A stretch of DNA of 63,154 nucleotides, filler included, from Rhabdomonas costata (taxonomy: Eukaryota): assembly GCA_019059605.1 (NCBI GenBank). It is 56 parts of 56 records of this genome, joined end to end, with 100 filler letters (N's around TTAATTAATTAA, not from the genome) between each part and the next. Parts side by side here need not be neighbours in the genome. Positions count along the whole stretch, not along the records: positions 11,301 to 12,330 come from JAHMHO010032532.1; positions 12,431 to 13,460 come from JAHMHO010032533.1; positions 13,561 to 14,590 come from JAHMHO010032534.1; positions 14,691 to 15,720 come from JAHMHO010032535.1; positions 15,821 to 16,850 come from JAHMHO010032536.1; positions 16,951 to 17,980 come from JAHMHO010032537.1; positions 18,081 to 19,110 come from JAHMHO010032538.1; positions 19,211 to 20,240 come from JAHMHO010032539.1; 48 more parts are not named here. One strand, given 5' to 3'. The translations under genes were made by a program, and so were the position numbers. The notes beneath the pieces were generated by a model. The model was not told the DNA's origin and made no database searches. It saw nothing but the letters and a program-made list of their open reading frames with translations. Shown one piece after another: positions 12,218-24,759 of this stretch; the stretch's first letter is position 1; each line of letters starts with the position of its first letter.

Positions 12218-13998
12218 GTTCTCCTCATGGATTGGGTGGTGAAAGCATTTCCCTTCTCATTGGCGTGCCTTGATCTGGGCCCTTGCAACCTCCAACTAGG
12301 GCATACTTTGTTCTCGCACACCTCCCACACNNNNNNNNNNNNNNNNNNNNNNNNNNNNNNNNNNNNNNNNNNNNTTAATTAATTAANNNNNNNNNNNNNN
12401 NNNNNNNNNNNNNNNNNNNNNNNNNNNNNNGGGGTGGTGTGGAGTGGGTACCTTGCCCTTTCTCGTACATCGCCGGAGCCTGCCCTCCTGAAGCATGAGG
12501 AACTGGGTCAGAGCCTTTGCAGTGATGCCGGGCTGTGACACACAGAAAGCATACGGGATCCTACACACACTCCTGCACCCTTCAGCTGACCCCACCCCTC
12601 CCGGGAATGACAAAAATAGCCTGACTTTTATCTTCTGCAGTTCCAACGGTCTACCAGCACAGCTGTTTCGACATTATGACCGACGCAAACGCATGCCGTC
12701 GCTATGCGCTGACAAAATTCAAAAATTGCTTAGAGCTGTGCAGGACATCCCGGATCACTTTGAATAAAGAAGCACTGCACGATCAAGGTGTCACTGAAAC
12801 ACTGACGGAAGGAAGCACTGAGTGGAGTGTTTGTGGGTATTTCTAACTTTCCGGAATCTGTGAACGTGTGGCAAAGGTGAGCTGGTGATGCCTAGCGTGG
12901 CTTGCATTTTGAAGGGATGCGGAGACGGTGGTGGCAGGAGGGAGGCCCGACCCGAGTGTGGACAAGCCCGCCCTCGACCCCTGCAATGCTGTCGAGGTCT
13001 TTCCGCACGCACTCCAATTGCTGATGAGCCCACAACGCCTTCTCCACCTGAGCACAACACACACAGCCAGGCAAAAGGGAGCTTGAGGCGCAAAGAGGGG
13101 AGATAAAATGCCCTCAGGTGTGCGCCAGTGTGGTGCGCCCTTCGAGATGTGAGGAAGGAGAGGAAAAATTTACTACAGCAGCGACAGAGCAGTACAAAAC
13201 AGAGAGAGATAGCGTGAGGTAAGGGGAAACAGTGCTTTATGCAGAGGACAGACACATGGAAAAAGCCACAAAAGAAAAAGAAGCGCTAGAGACACAAAGC
13301 GACAGGAAGCACAACGAACGCACAAACACACCCTCCAACCGTAACAGCCAACACACCCTCCGACACAACAACAGTGAGCATGGTAGAAGTGAGCATGGTT
13401 GAGACAAACGCATCGCACCAACAGGAACCCTGACACACACCATACACTACCCACACACAANNNNNNNNNNNNNNNNNNNNNNNNNNNNNNNNNNNNNNNN
13501 NNNNTTAATTAATTAANNNNNNNNNNNNNNNNNNNNNNNNNNNNNNNNNNNNNNNNNNNNAACGACGAGGAAGATGGTGGTGGTGGTGTGGACTGCGGGA
13601 AAGACAGAAAGCATCTGCGCCATACTCAAGCACTCGAAGTCGCTCCTCTGACGTTGCAAGGCAGCTGGCGCTCCGATAGAAGTCGTTGCAGGGGCAAGAG
13701 GGTAATGCATGAAGTACGGGGCAGTTTTGTCCTGGAACTGAAAGAAAGAAATACTGTACAGACAGACAGATCTGGCGTGGCCTTCGGCATCCTCCCGCAA
13801 ACGAACCAGGGCAGGTTTTGGCGTGCATGTGTGTTGGCGGTCGCGTTTATGTGTGGGCGTATGAGAGTGTTTTTTGTCGGCGTATGCTTGCCTGGAGAAT
13901 TCCCGGACGCTCGTTCAGCACGTATGTGGGGTATGTGTGTGGGCGTGTGTTTGCCTGGAGGATTCCGGAACTCACGGTGAGCACACGGGTCTGCCCAC

Positions 13999-14154
13999 TG
14001 TTACACCAGTAGCTGTGCTCCGAGCAGCCCGGGCCTCCCCAGTCGGGCGCACAGGTGCAGGTCCCTGTTCCGAGCTCACACACGCCGTGGCTGCAATTTC
14101 CGCACGGCGGAGGCAAGTCTGCGACGTGGCAGTGCGCGAAGGAAGGGTGCAGCG
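13999..14154 (-). CDS. Exon with an EGF-like domain in a probable secreted or membrane protein
   Basis: CGNCSHGVCELGTGTCTCAPDWGGPGCS; a hydrophobic segment lies upstream (~14250-14350) and a further Cys-rich exon starts at ~13737; exact borders uncertain. Confidence 0.7.
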
Positions 14155-14741
14155 CTTAAGGGTGCCCGCAAGTGAAAGAAAGTGCTCTAAGCAATTTGTG
14201 CTTACGCCGAGGGATTGATGAAATCCCGATCGACAGGCAGCAAAACTCACCAGCAGAACAACTCCACGGAGGCACCCCCCCCCCCAATGAAATGCAAGCG
14301 CTAGTGCAACGCAAACGCACCAGCGCAGCACTGCGTAGCCGTGCATGCGTCCCCGGGGCAAGCCACCACGCCTGCCGCAGCGGCGGAGTAGGGGGGGCAC
14401 TGGTGCCCAATCACGACCCAGGAACTGCAGTTTGGGAATTCTGTGCAAAGAGAAAGGTGGGATCCAGTTTTTCTTTCTTCCTTCGGGAGTATCGTGGATA
14501 TTTCATTCAGTCACCCCACTACCACCACTGTCGTATGCAAACTCCCCCCCTCCAATTTACAGGGCACGCGACTTATGTGCTTGGCTTAAANNNNNNNNNN
14601 NNNNNNNNNNNNNNNNNNNNNNNNNNNNNNNNNNTTAATTAATTAANNNNNNNNNNNNNNNNNNNNNNNNNNNNNNNNNNNNNNNNNNNNTTGTTGTTGT
14701 AGATTATGTTATTTATAACACACGATTTGAAGAATGTATTG

Positions 14742-15720
14742 TTAGTTTCTATTTTGCCACATCTTCCAATTAAAACATTAATAATATTCTTTTTATGGTT
14801 TTCATCTAAATTACTTGAATAAAGCTCATCAATTATTCCTTTTGAGTTGCTTTCTATTATATTTGATGGTCTTAAATATTTAATGATTGTAAAAGGTAGG
14901 TTACATTGTTTTAAGTGAATTCCGTATACATTCGCAATATTTGAACCAACAAAAATAGAAGCTTCAATACATTCTTCAAATCGTGTGTTATAAATAACAT
15001 AATCTTCAATAACATGTTGATCATAATCAACAAATTTATCAAATACATTAAAAACAGGTATATACTGCATATTATATAGATTGGCTGTATATGCTTTACG
15101 TTCATCAAGTCCAATTAAATTTTTAGGAAAAATTGAACCAAAAAAACCAGTTTGTGGATTAACACAATATTTATCTAAGATATTTCTTGTTTCTGAATCA
15201 AATTTTGATACGAACATAACATTTAATAGCCATTCATTAGTTTTATTATTGTACTCATAGAATGTATCAAAATCTTCTTCATCTATTATATGTAACGAAT
15301 CTGAAGCCATACTTGAATATTGTATTACATATTGACAATCATTAATTTTAAAATATAAACCTTTTATTGTATTGTCCTTAAAAATTATATCTGGTGTGTA
15401 CTTCGAGTTTAACATTTCAAAAAGCATTTCTTGTATCGATCCATCGTAAATAAATTTTATGTTAATGTTTATATTTGCATTTATAACATACTTTACAACA
15501 TCATTTAAACAATTTATAAAAATTTTCTTATACTCTACTTTCTCACTTTTAAATGTTGGAAGTTTTGATGATGCTTCAAGCTGTTCATGTTGCTTTTTTA
15601 TATCACATATGACTTGTTGAAATGATTTATCATCACAATTTAATCTTTCGACATGGTTATTATGAACAAGTATAAATAATGTTCTAGGATGTAAATTTTT
15701 ATTGTATGTTTCTGGTTCAT
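14742..15720 (-). CDS. Intronless AT-rich ORF fragment: divergent protein-primed family B DNA polymerase-like protein, probably Polinton / Polinton-like virus
   Basis: The frame is open across the whole contig (hand-translated upstream of the listed Met: EPETYNKNLHPRTLFILVHNNHVERL...). It has motif A-like GLDERKAYT and motif B-like KNIINVLIGRCGK, and is far more AT-rich than the other contigs. Confidence 0.6.
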
Positions 15721-18197
15721 NNNNNNNNNNNNNNNNNNNNNNNNNNNNNNNNNNNNNNNNNNNNTTAATTAATTAANNNNNNNNNNNNNNNNNNNNNNNN
15801 NNNNNNNNNNNNNNNNNNNNTGTGTTGTGGAAAATGACTTCATACATCAATGTCAACACACCACAACTTCTGCACCTTGTTCAATGCCAACACGTGTAAT
15901 GGACTGCGCCTCTTTCTAATTGGTATTCCATTTCAATACGTTTATGATTGCAGCAGTTGTGGTGTGTTGACATTGATGTATGAAGTCATTTTCTACTACA
16001 CGCTAAGCACTTGTGCTCCACACAACTGCACGCAGAGTACAACAGCGTTTGTGTCCAAATTCGCATTTATCCGCGATTATGTTTCAGGTACGAAGCGGCT
16101 CTGGAGTGCTCCATGCTTCTTATGATGTTCTTAACATTTTGTTTGTAGAAAAATGATCGTGGTGACGCTATAAACGGAATTCTATTGTAGAGACGTAAAT
16201 TGCTAATTTGCGGTGATCACGTTAAACCAAAACATTTTGGTGTGGCTGATGATGTTGTTGGATGGAACGATATCCACATGAGTAACGATAGGCTTTTTGG
16301 GCAATTTCCAAGAACATAGTGCGCAACAGCATCATGTCATTATTGCTGCTGAAATGAAGGTGGGCTTCCAAAGAAATATTCAGGAGCAAGTACCGGTTTA
16401 TTTTGTTTTAGCTACACCATTGAAAGTGGACTAAACGTATGTGCCAACCTAGCAAAGTAGCACAAAAATGCTTTCCACATGCACTGCTTACCAACTGGAA
16501 GTAGATTTGCACATTTCTATGTGAAGTGGTACGTTGCAAAACAGTGACATTGTGGTTAAACGTCACAACCATACGTTGGGTTTTGTTACTCTTTGACACA
16601 GCTCCGTGCAAATGCACTAAAGCACCAAAAGGTGTCATTTGCCTCTAGATAATTAATGTCCAACGGATAACTTTCCTGATGTACGTTTTCATCCGCATCA
16701 CATTCAGCATTATTGGAGTGCGGTGTAGCTTCATAATACGCAGCTTGCGTCTGGTGATCAGTGTCATCTGAGGCGTGAATGGTAACTTCTAAACACCAAC
16801 TCTAGATACATCTGTTATTCTGGTTGAATGTCTGGATTATAAAACTTTTTNNNNNNNNNNNNNNNNNNNNNNNNNNNNNNNNNNNNNNNNNNNNTTAATT
16901 AATTAANNNNNNNNNNNNNNNNNNNNNNNNNNNNNNNNNNNNNNNNNNNNGGGGGTGGGTGTTCGTGCACTTAAGGAGACGAGTCTTCGATAGTCTTGTG
17001 TAGGTCGCAAGTTTTGGCTGGTTAGGTTTGTACGCTCCCCTCCACGGGATTTCTCGGTGTCCTGAGGAATGGTACAGGTGACGTTTTGGACCAAAAATGT
17101 CTCCTTTGTGGTGTTTCGCTCGCCTCCTCCCGAGAAGGGCCGCACTCTTTTGGCTGTCCAACTTTCCCAAAAGCAAAAACTCGCTTACAGTGGTGTCGTA
17201 GGCAGAGAGAAGCAGCAGCCATGGCCGACCCATGAAACGACCAGTAAGCATGAACTGCCCAGAGGCTGAAAAATCCCAAGGCGGAAACCCATTAGAATCT
17301 TAGCTGTCCGCACACAGCTCTTTGGTTGAGCAAAGCATTTCCGTGTTTGCTCCTTTTTTCCCCGTGCAACTCCTCTCCATTTCTTGAGGCTTCTGCTTTT
17401 TTCATCTCCGGACGTTTCTTTTGGAAACTGAGGACCAAAATAACGGGAGCTGTAATTCTTCGCTTCTCACTTTTGAAATGGCGCGGGCCATTTTATTTCT
17501 CCCAGTACCTGTCCACTCGCCAGAAAAGTGTTTACGATTTGCCGCAAAACCCTCGCCCTGTGTCACCCCATGAGCTGCCCAGCGGTGGCTGGAATCCCGA
17601 CCAGGCATTCTTCCGGCACACTTCTTAGGCTGAGCTCGGCGTGGCGGTTTGGCCCGGACTACACGGTGTCCTCGGCGTGGGCCTCGAACACGGCGGACAC
17701 CTCGTACACCGCGGACACGATCGTGTGGTCGGGCATCCAGATCCTTCCCCTTGTGGGTGTGTGTGCACATACCTCCTTCCCAGCAGTGCAGGGAATGCTG
17801 GAGGAACAGGCAGCCGCATTCTCTTCTCTGCTTTCCTCTTGGGATGCTTTTTTGTGTAATGGCTCCTTTTCGGGTGCTGCATTTCGGCCCTCGGCTGCGT
17901 GCAGCACTCCAGTGCTGAAAATTAAGATATTCTAAGCAGCTCCAGCAGAAGCTCAGGCTCAATAGACCTGCAAAGATCCANNNNNNNNNNNNNNNNNNNN
18001 NNNNNNNNNNNNNNNNNNNNNNNNTTAATTAATTAANNNNNNNNNNNNNNNNNNNNNNNNNNNNNNNNNNNNNNNNNNNNGTTTTTGTTGGTGTGGACAC
18101 ATGCAGTAGTTTCCGATTCATATGTCCTGGGGTGATCCCACTTCGCCAAATCCCTCCAGAAATACCGGCCCCGGTGAAGTATAGGGGGGGCGGGAGT

Positions 18198-18622
18198 CCG
18201 TTATACGTATACGGCGTTATACGTATAACGGCGTTATAAGGTAAAGTGTGTCCCGTGTAAAGCCGTTATACGTATAACGGCGTTACACAGGTATAACGAT
18301 GATATAACAGTGGTATATATAATAGTGTTATGCGTATAACGCCGTTATACATAAAAGGGCGTTACACGCAAGCTAGAAATCCTGCTGCTGTTTCCCCTGT
18401 TTTTTCCAGGATGTCTTGGGTGGCGGAGGGCACTGCGGCCCAAGACCCTAGGCGAAACACGTGTCCCCGGAGGTTGTTATTTGGTCTCGCAGGGGGTTAG
18501 GTTTGCGACACACGTTTTCCCTGAATGAGCTTCTTATCTGGCAAGGGGTTGGGTTTGCGACACACTTGACTTTCAGAGTTTTTCAGAACTTACGTGTAAC
18601 GCCGATATACGTACAACGGCGA
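18198..18622. repeat. Array of palindromic CGTTATACGTATAACG-type units with an inverted copy; MITE-like
   Basis: Perfect palindromes at 18215-18230 and 18262-18281, degenerate copies to ~18371; 18339-18380 is an imperfect inverted repeat of 18581-18622. Confidence 0.75.
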
Positions 18623-19228
18623 GTCTCCAGCGACGGACTGGTGTTTTTCATCTTGTCCAGGATGTCTTGGGCCAGCGGAGCGCAGCGTACGTGCTTTCAC
18701 AAGACAAGTATATTTCCAGGGTTTCCGTCGCAAAAGTGAGTTTCAGTCGCGGTAGCTTCGACCAGCGGGTATGAGACCGATCCCCTCCCCATCCCTTTCC
18801 ACTATGTATATAATGTAAGTAATGTAATACATGTATATTTGGCATAACTCCACTATCCCGGCCCAAAGGAAAAACGAAGCATCACTGGAAGCAGCCGTCC
18901 TTAATGCAATCCAGTAGTGAACAGAAAGGATCACTGTCGTCAGGAAGGTTACGTCTCCACTGGAATTCCTTCACGTTGCTCACCAGTTGCTCACCGCGAA
19001 CACCATCCCTAACCCTGAGGAGAATCTTGAGCTGGCCCCAAGCTCCATCGATTCCTTGGGTGGACGCCACCCTGACTTTGCCCTGTATGCGCTCTCTGCG
19101 TGAAAACCCCNNNNNNNNNNNNNNNNNNNNNNNNNNNNNNNNNNNNNNNNNNNNTTAATTAATTAANNNNNNNNNNNNNNNNNNNNNNNNNNNNNNNNNN
19201 NNNNNNNNNNGGGTGGGGTGTGAGATAC

Positions 19229-19439
19229 CGTTGTAGCCGTTGAAGACGGATTGGGGCCACGTCGAGTTCGCCAGAAGGGATGCGGAGATGTTGAAGAGGC
19301 TCATGCATGGCTCCACTTGGAGCCACATGTAGCTGCACGGGGACTCGTGGTTGAAAACAATCCACTCGTGGTGCGGGGCCCGGGGAAGGGGAAGCGGCGC
19401 CCCGTCATAGAAGTCCACGTTGCACGAATAGAAGAATAC
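19229..19439 (-). CDS. Exon of a GT10 fucosyltransferase (FUT10/FUT11-like)
   Basis: VFFYSCNVDFYDGAPLPLPRAPHHEWIVFNHESPCSYMWLQVEPCMSLFNISAS parallels FUT10/11 FYGTDF...LPLPR..HH.WA.FHEESP...LFN.T; cctcag| ... |gtatct. Confidence 0.8.
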
Positions 19440-21142
19440 CTGAGGATGCCAGTACAGGCGCATATTACCGCACCGAACAGCACTAATTGCTCAAGCTGAA
19501 TACAACCATTCAGTACTTCTAGGTGCAAGTGTGTGGTGAATCGCGACCAGGGGTGGGGTGGGGACTCAGTAACTCCTCTCCATCAGCGGAAACATACAGA
19601 TGTCAAAAGAAAAATAGCATACGGCTCGGGTAGAGGGGTCGCCAAGCATCTTGTGATCATCCGTCACATCACACGTGCCCAAAGGACAGCGGTAGGAGCC
19701 CTTGAAGCTAATGCTCTGAGTGTTCCACTGCACAGTAAAAGCGAATGGCGCAGTAGTTGACTGCGCAGCGAAATCAAAAAAACATGAAATATGAAACGCG
19801 AAACATGAAACGTGTCCGCGTACGATTATTCGTGCTCGAAATTCGTGCTGGGATAATCTGGAGAAAAGTAGACAACAGGATAGTGTTGACTCAATAAAAA
19901 GTGCAGTGTGGTAGTCGCAACCCCTTTCAAAAATCGAAGAAGCATCGCTCCCAGGTGGCACCTGTGCAGCTGGGTTGGCCGAGACACGACAAGGCAACGG
20001 TTCAACCGAGGCGGATTTTTGGAGGTCGCTCCGATACAAGGCTGAAGAGAGAAGAAAAGTGATGGGAAGTGCAAATGGAGAGGGGCGCGACAGAGGTCAG
20101 AAGAACCTGCACAATGGTCGCATGAATTGGTGGAGGCCGGGAGCTCTTGGCGACCCCAAACTCTCTGAGAAAGCAAGAACGTTGTCTCGGGAACTGCACC
20201 ACCTTGCAAGACTTTCCTCGAAGAAGAAGAAGAAAAACACNNNNNNNNNNNNNNNNNNNNNNNNNNNNNNNNNNNNNNNNNNNNTTAATTAATTAANNNN
20301 NNNNNNNNNNNNNNNNNNNNNNNNNNNNNNNNNNNNNNNNCCTCTGCCCGCAACCCCTCCCGACATCACCAACGGGGGCGGAGGGATCACCGGGGGAACG
20401 TTAACCGGAGACCGCACCGCAGACAACCCGCCACTACTGCTGGGCCCTGGTCCTGCAGGGAAACACAACCAAGCGAGGGGAGCGATGAGGACGGGTGCCT
20501 AAAATGAGGACGCTGCATACGTACGTCTGGTAGGGTGTCAGTCCGAAACCAAGCTGCTGCCGCGATGATCAAATATAAAAACTTGTTTGAAAAACGAGGA
20601 GGAGTGAGCGAGTCAGGCGGCAGACGAAGCTCACAACCGACACGGGCTGGTTTGAAAACAAAACCTATGGGTGTGCTTCAAACAACAAGTGACACGGTGG
20701 ACCAGAAATAGCAGTTATATCCTCATGAGTTGGAATGTTCAAAAACTGGCATCCACCACCACATAGAGAAACCAAGAAGAAGGAGGGGGTAGACAAGTCA
20801 AGCGAGATCACAGCAGGCTGTCTCTCACTTTCTGGGTAAGAGAAAAAACGACTCAGAGACGAGGCGAAGGAAGGAGCGCCAAAATCCAGATTCTGTACAC
20901 ATCTACCCCTGTGTGCAAATATCGTTCCAACAAAATAGATTCGTCATTCCGTGGCGACCACCTCGAATTGTGGTTACTGCTGTTCAGGTCCACTCTTTTT
21001 TATCATGTGACGGGGTGTGACGGCCCCAAGAATGTAAGATATGCACCGTCTTTCACACTCTGTTACATACCAGCACACACTGAGGGCAAAGGGTAATCAC
21101 ATACTTACACTCACACACACTCAGACGAGGCGAAAAAACAAC

Positions 21143-21370
21143 CCAGGGGCTGGATGCGCATCCTCAAGCAGCACCCCACGTCGTCCACCGTGGGGGTGTA
21201 CGGCGTGGGCACGGTGCGCCCGCTGCGAATATCTACCCACACAAGCCCAGGCGCCAGCTTCTGCCACGTAAACACGTGCTCCCCCGCCCCGGAGCTCAGG
21301 AGGTTCCGCGCCAGAGGCACCACAGGGGTGCAGCACACGCAGTTCGCGGGCAGGGAGACCAGCACAGCGG
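21143..21370 (-). CDS. Exon with an AIR9/A9-type Ig-like domain
   Basis: FTWQK...WVDI...YTPTVDDVGCCLRMRIQP matches the W...W..I...Y.PT..DVG..LR signature; donor |gttgtt. Confidence 0.55.
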
Positions 21371-23816
21371 NNNNNNNNNNNNNNNNNNNNNNNNNNNNNN
21401 NNNNNNNNNNNNNNTTAATTAATTAANNNNNNNNNNNNNNNNNNNNNNNNNNNNNNNNNNNNNNNNNNNNGGGTTTGTGTGGCTCTAGGCTCTGGTGGGG
21501 GAGAAGAGCTGCTGTGGGGCGGGAAGAGGGCATGGTGCCCTTTCCCGCAGCAGGCGACTGCGCCGGAGGGGATAGCAAGACACCGGGCTACAGTCGTGGA
21601 CGAGGACAAAAGGCGGCAGGGAATGGGAATGTCTTCTTAATGCGCCAGACTGGTGCTGTGGCTGCTGCCCTGTATCCCATTCATTTAGGTTAGTGAAGGA
21701 AAGTCACGGAGGGTTGTAAAGAAGCTTGTTTTATATCCGGCTGGGTGCCACTGAAACACGAGCACCTACAGTGTATAAAAGGATAATATTGTCCGCCTCA
21801 CTTCAAAACTGAGAACTGTCCATTACATAAAAGCGAGCATTCCGGACTTACTAGCGATACGGGGGGGGGGGGGAGGGTCAAAAAATGGAAAACAAACCGT
21901 GATGCCCACTTCGTTGCATTGGATTTCCACATCTCTCTCTCCTTCAATGTGAAGCGGGCCATTTAATCAGAATCTCGGATTCGGAAACTCACCTCCTTTT
22001 TCGCACGAACCCTAAAGATGAAAGCGCGACAGGGCCTTTCTTAATGCAGCACCTCCCAAACTTTGGAAGATCTGCTGGGATCTCCTTTCCCCGTTCTATT
22101 GGGGACAGTATTCCCACAGGTAAGTGTTCATCCAGGAGTGTATCCTGACGGAGAAAGAGATGGGCATGCCCGGGGGGGGGGCGTCAGTATAAGAGGGGGA
22201 GCGAGATTTTCGCCCCCTCCTTTCAAGGAAGGAGAGGACAATGCAAAAACAGAAAAAGCATGTAAACCACAACACGAAAACCAGGCTGAAGCCGAAAGAG
22301 AAACCATAAGCACGCTGCACTGTGCAGTTGCACTCGCGACAAGCGACCACATGATGAGGCAAGTGTAGAGGATAGACGCAGCCTTTCTTTTCCTCGGGTG
22401 GATACACACACACGCAAAAAGACGCGCGCACACAACTTCACAACGCACCCACAGAATAGGATTTCTTTGAATACCCAACAACACCAACCACACCCAACAC
22501 NNNNNNNNNNNNNNNNNNNNNNNNNNNNNNNNNNNNNNNNNNNNTTAATTAATTAANNNNNNNNNNNNNNNNNNNNNNNNNNNNNNNNNNNNNNNNNNNN
22601 TTGTGTTGTGTTCTTTCGTATCTCGGTGACACCGAGACGAAGCCGCGACAGAAATCCTTGGCATCCCTTTTCGTTTGAAATGGAACCTGAACCTCTGGTA
22701 ATGTGTGGGTCGAACCAGGTAAAGTCCGGCCCTATACCATGGGTTTGTTTCGGACGCTCTTTCAGTGGTTCTGAGCGCAAGGCGCAGTAAGCATGCTTTT
22801 TTGCACGTCACCCAATTCGTTGGTTTGCTTTCAACGATTCGGCCGTGGTATTGCGGGATGTTTTTACCCACTGAGAAAAGGCATTGAAGAGAGAGAAGCC
22901 GAGGTAAGAGCATAACTGTAGCCCGAAAGGCTCGTTTTCGTGCATAGCCCGAATAAACGTTGCCATCTGGGGCGAGTCCGTCTGGCAACGGTTCTCGGTG
23001 CAGTGCCTTTGCTGATACAGGGGCAGAAATGGGAAAACGCTTTTAAGATTGCCTACGTACTGATCAGTTTTCGATGACAGTGGAATCAGAAGACGAGTGA
23101 GTTACTCCCCTTTCTTCTTTGGGTGGGGGTCTCAGACTTCGACACTGTTCCCGCCGGCGATGGTCCACAACGAAGACAGGTAATGTCCAACAGAGCTCAC
23201 TCTCCTCGCGTGGCCCTGCCTGGCCTCGTGGGAGTCTCTAGGATAGAGCTCCGGATTGCCCACCACTGCCCGCCGCCCCCCGTCCCCGAAAGGAAGCTTC
23301 AGGTGACTTTTCGGGTGATGGTTGGCGGTGGTGAGACCATGCAGGAGGTGCTTGCCCTCAGCCGGGCGAAGACCGGCACCGATTCAGCCGTGGTCCGAAG
23401 GGCCCTGGGGTGGGTTTTGCAGTGCAGCGACCTCAACGTGCTCCACTTGGTGGTCACGGTGGATACGAAGCTGACAAGTGGGGTGGCCTCCATGGCGGTA
23501 TTATACTGGAAATTCTTAGGCCGATTTCTGTGAGCACTTGATAACGTTGCTTGGTGCTCTGGTGCACCACTTTCGGCCCTTCTTAAAAAACCCATGACGT
23601 TATAAGACCGCCATGGAGGCCACCCCAACCNNNNNNNNNNNNNNNNNNNNNNNNNNNNNNNNNNNNNNNNNNNNTTAATTAATTAANNNNNNNNNNNNNN
23701 NNNNNNNNNNNNNNNNNNNNNNNNNNNNNNGGTTTTTGTTCGAGTTGATTATTCCTGGCCTGGTTTTCTTTAGTTGAACAGATTGTCTTTTCATGGCTTG
23801 CCTCTTTCCCGAACAG

Positions 23817-24759
23817 ATAATTGTGAACGAACCCCTTGATTTTGCTGGGCTTCGCTGCCTTCTGGAGGCGTTACAAGACTACCGGTGGCTCTGTCAGCTC
23901 TCCTTTTGGAGATCGAAAATCGGGGACGACGGCCTCATGCTCATTGTATGTTGATGCTTCCAGCCGCATTCCTGGTTAATACCTGCCGCCTGCCGGTTGC
24001 CAGACATGACTGGTCGCTTTCTTTACGCAGTCGGAGTTTCTTCAGCGCGACCCCCACTTAAGAACGTTGGAGCTGCTGAATAACGGAATTGGGGTGCGCG
24101 GGTGCGGATTTTTGGGCCGTGTGTTGACGCAGAACGACGTGCTGACGAATCTCATTTTAGGTGAGTTTTCTCAGTCGCTTCGTTTTATTTTTGAAAGCTC
24201 GCTCGGGTCTTCGCATCCCCGGCCCAACCCCCGCGAGCTTAGACCAAGAAATAATGGAACACAGAACCAGAAGAACGTGACTTTCATGCAAGGCGGTGAC
24301 TTTTTTCAATAGATTTGATATATCCCAAAGTAGTTGGACCCCTGCAATTTTGTGTTGTTCTCGCAGACTTCAACGAGATCGGAGATGAAGGCGTGGCGTT
24401 GTTGGGGGAAGGCTTGAAGTGGAGGTTTTTCGACTGCGCGTTGCGGACACTGCCTGTTCATTGTTGTGTTTGTTTGTTCTTCACTCTTCCGGTGATTCTT
24501 TTGCTCTCAGCTCGAGTGTGACTCACCTGAGCATGCAGTACTGCGGCATTGGGCCCGCTGGAGGGGACTCAATTGCCAAATACATCATTCGGTCAAGCTC
24601 TGTGAAGTATGTTTTCTCTCAACCCTTGATGCTGTAAGCTGAGTGACTGTACCTCCTGGGCCCAGGGAGAATTTCTTCAGAATACCTCGTTTGAGAAAGA
24701 TGTTACATTTCTTGAATTTGTTGAACTCGCAGGGAGCTTTTACTCAAGGGAAACACCCT
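23817..24759 (+). CDS. RNI-like leucine-rich repeat protein, five exons (23817-23945, 24031-24160, 24367-24424, 24511-24606, 24733-24759)
   Basis: Four GT-AG introns splice in phase to give ...KIGDDGLMLI/SEFL...LELLNNGIGVRGC...LIL/DFNEIGDEGV...LSMQYCGIGPAGG...K/ELLLKGN. Confidence 0.9.

Noticed and set aside
14701-14741. C-terminal residues of the PolB-like ORF, or a possible viral terminal repeat
   Set aside because: It is an exact inverted copy of 14965-15005 from within the same ORF, hence chimeric; this explains why motif C is not seen
15821-16850. Moderately AT-rich contig as the continuation of the viral contig, or a gene with reassigned stop codons
   Set aside because: Adjacency is artificial; the frames I translated contain mixed stops and no recognisable motif, and all conserved exons elsewhere read in the standard code
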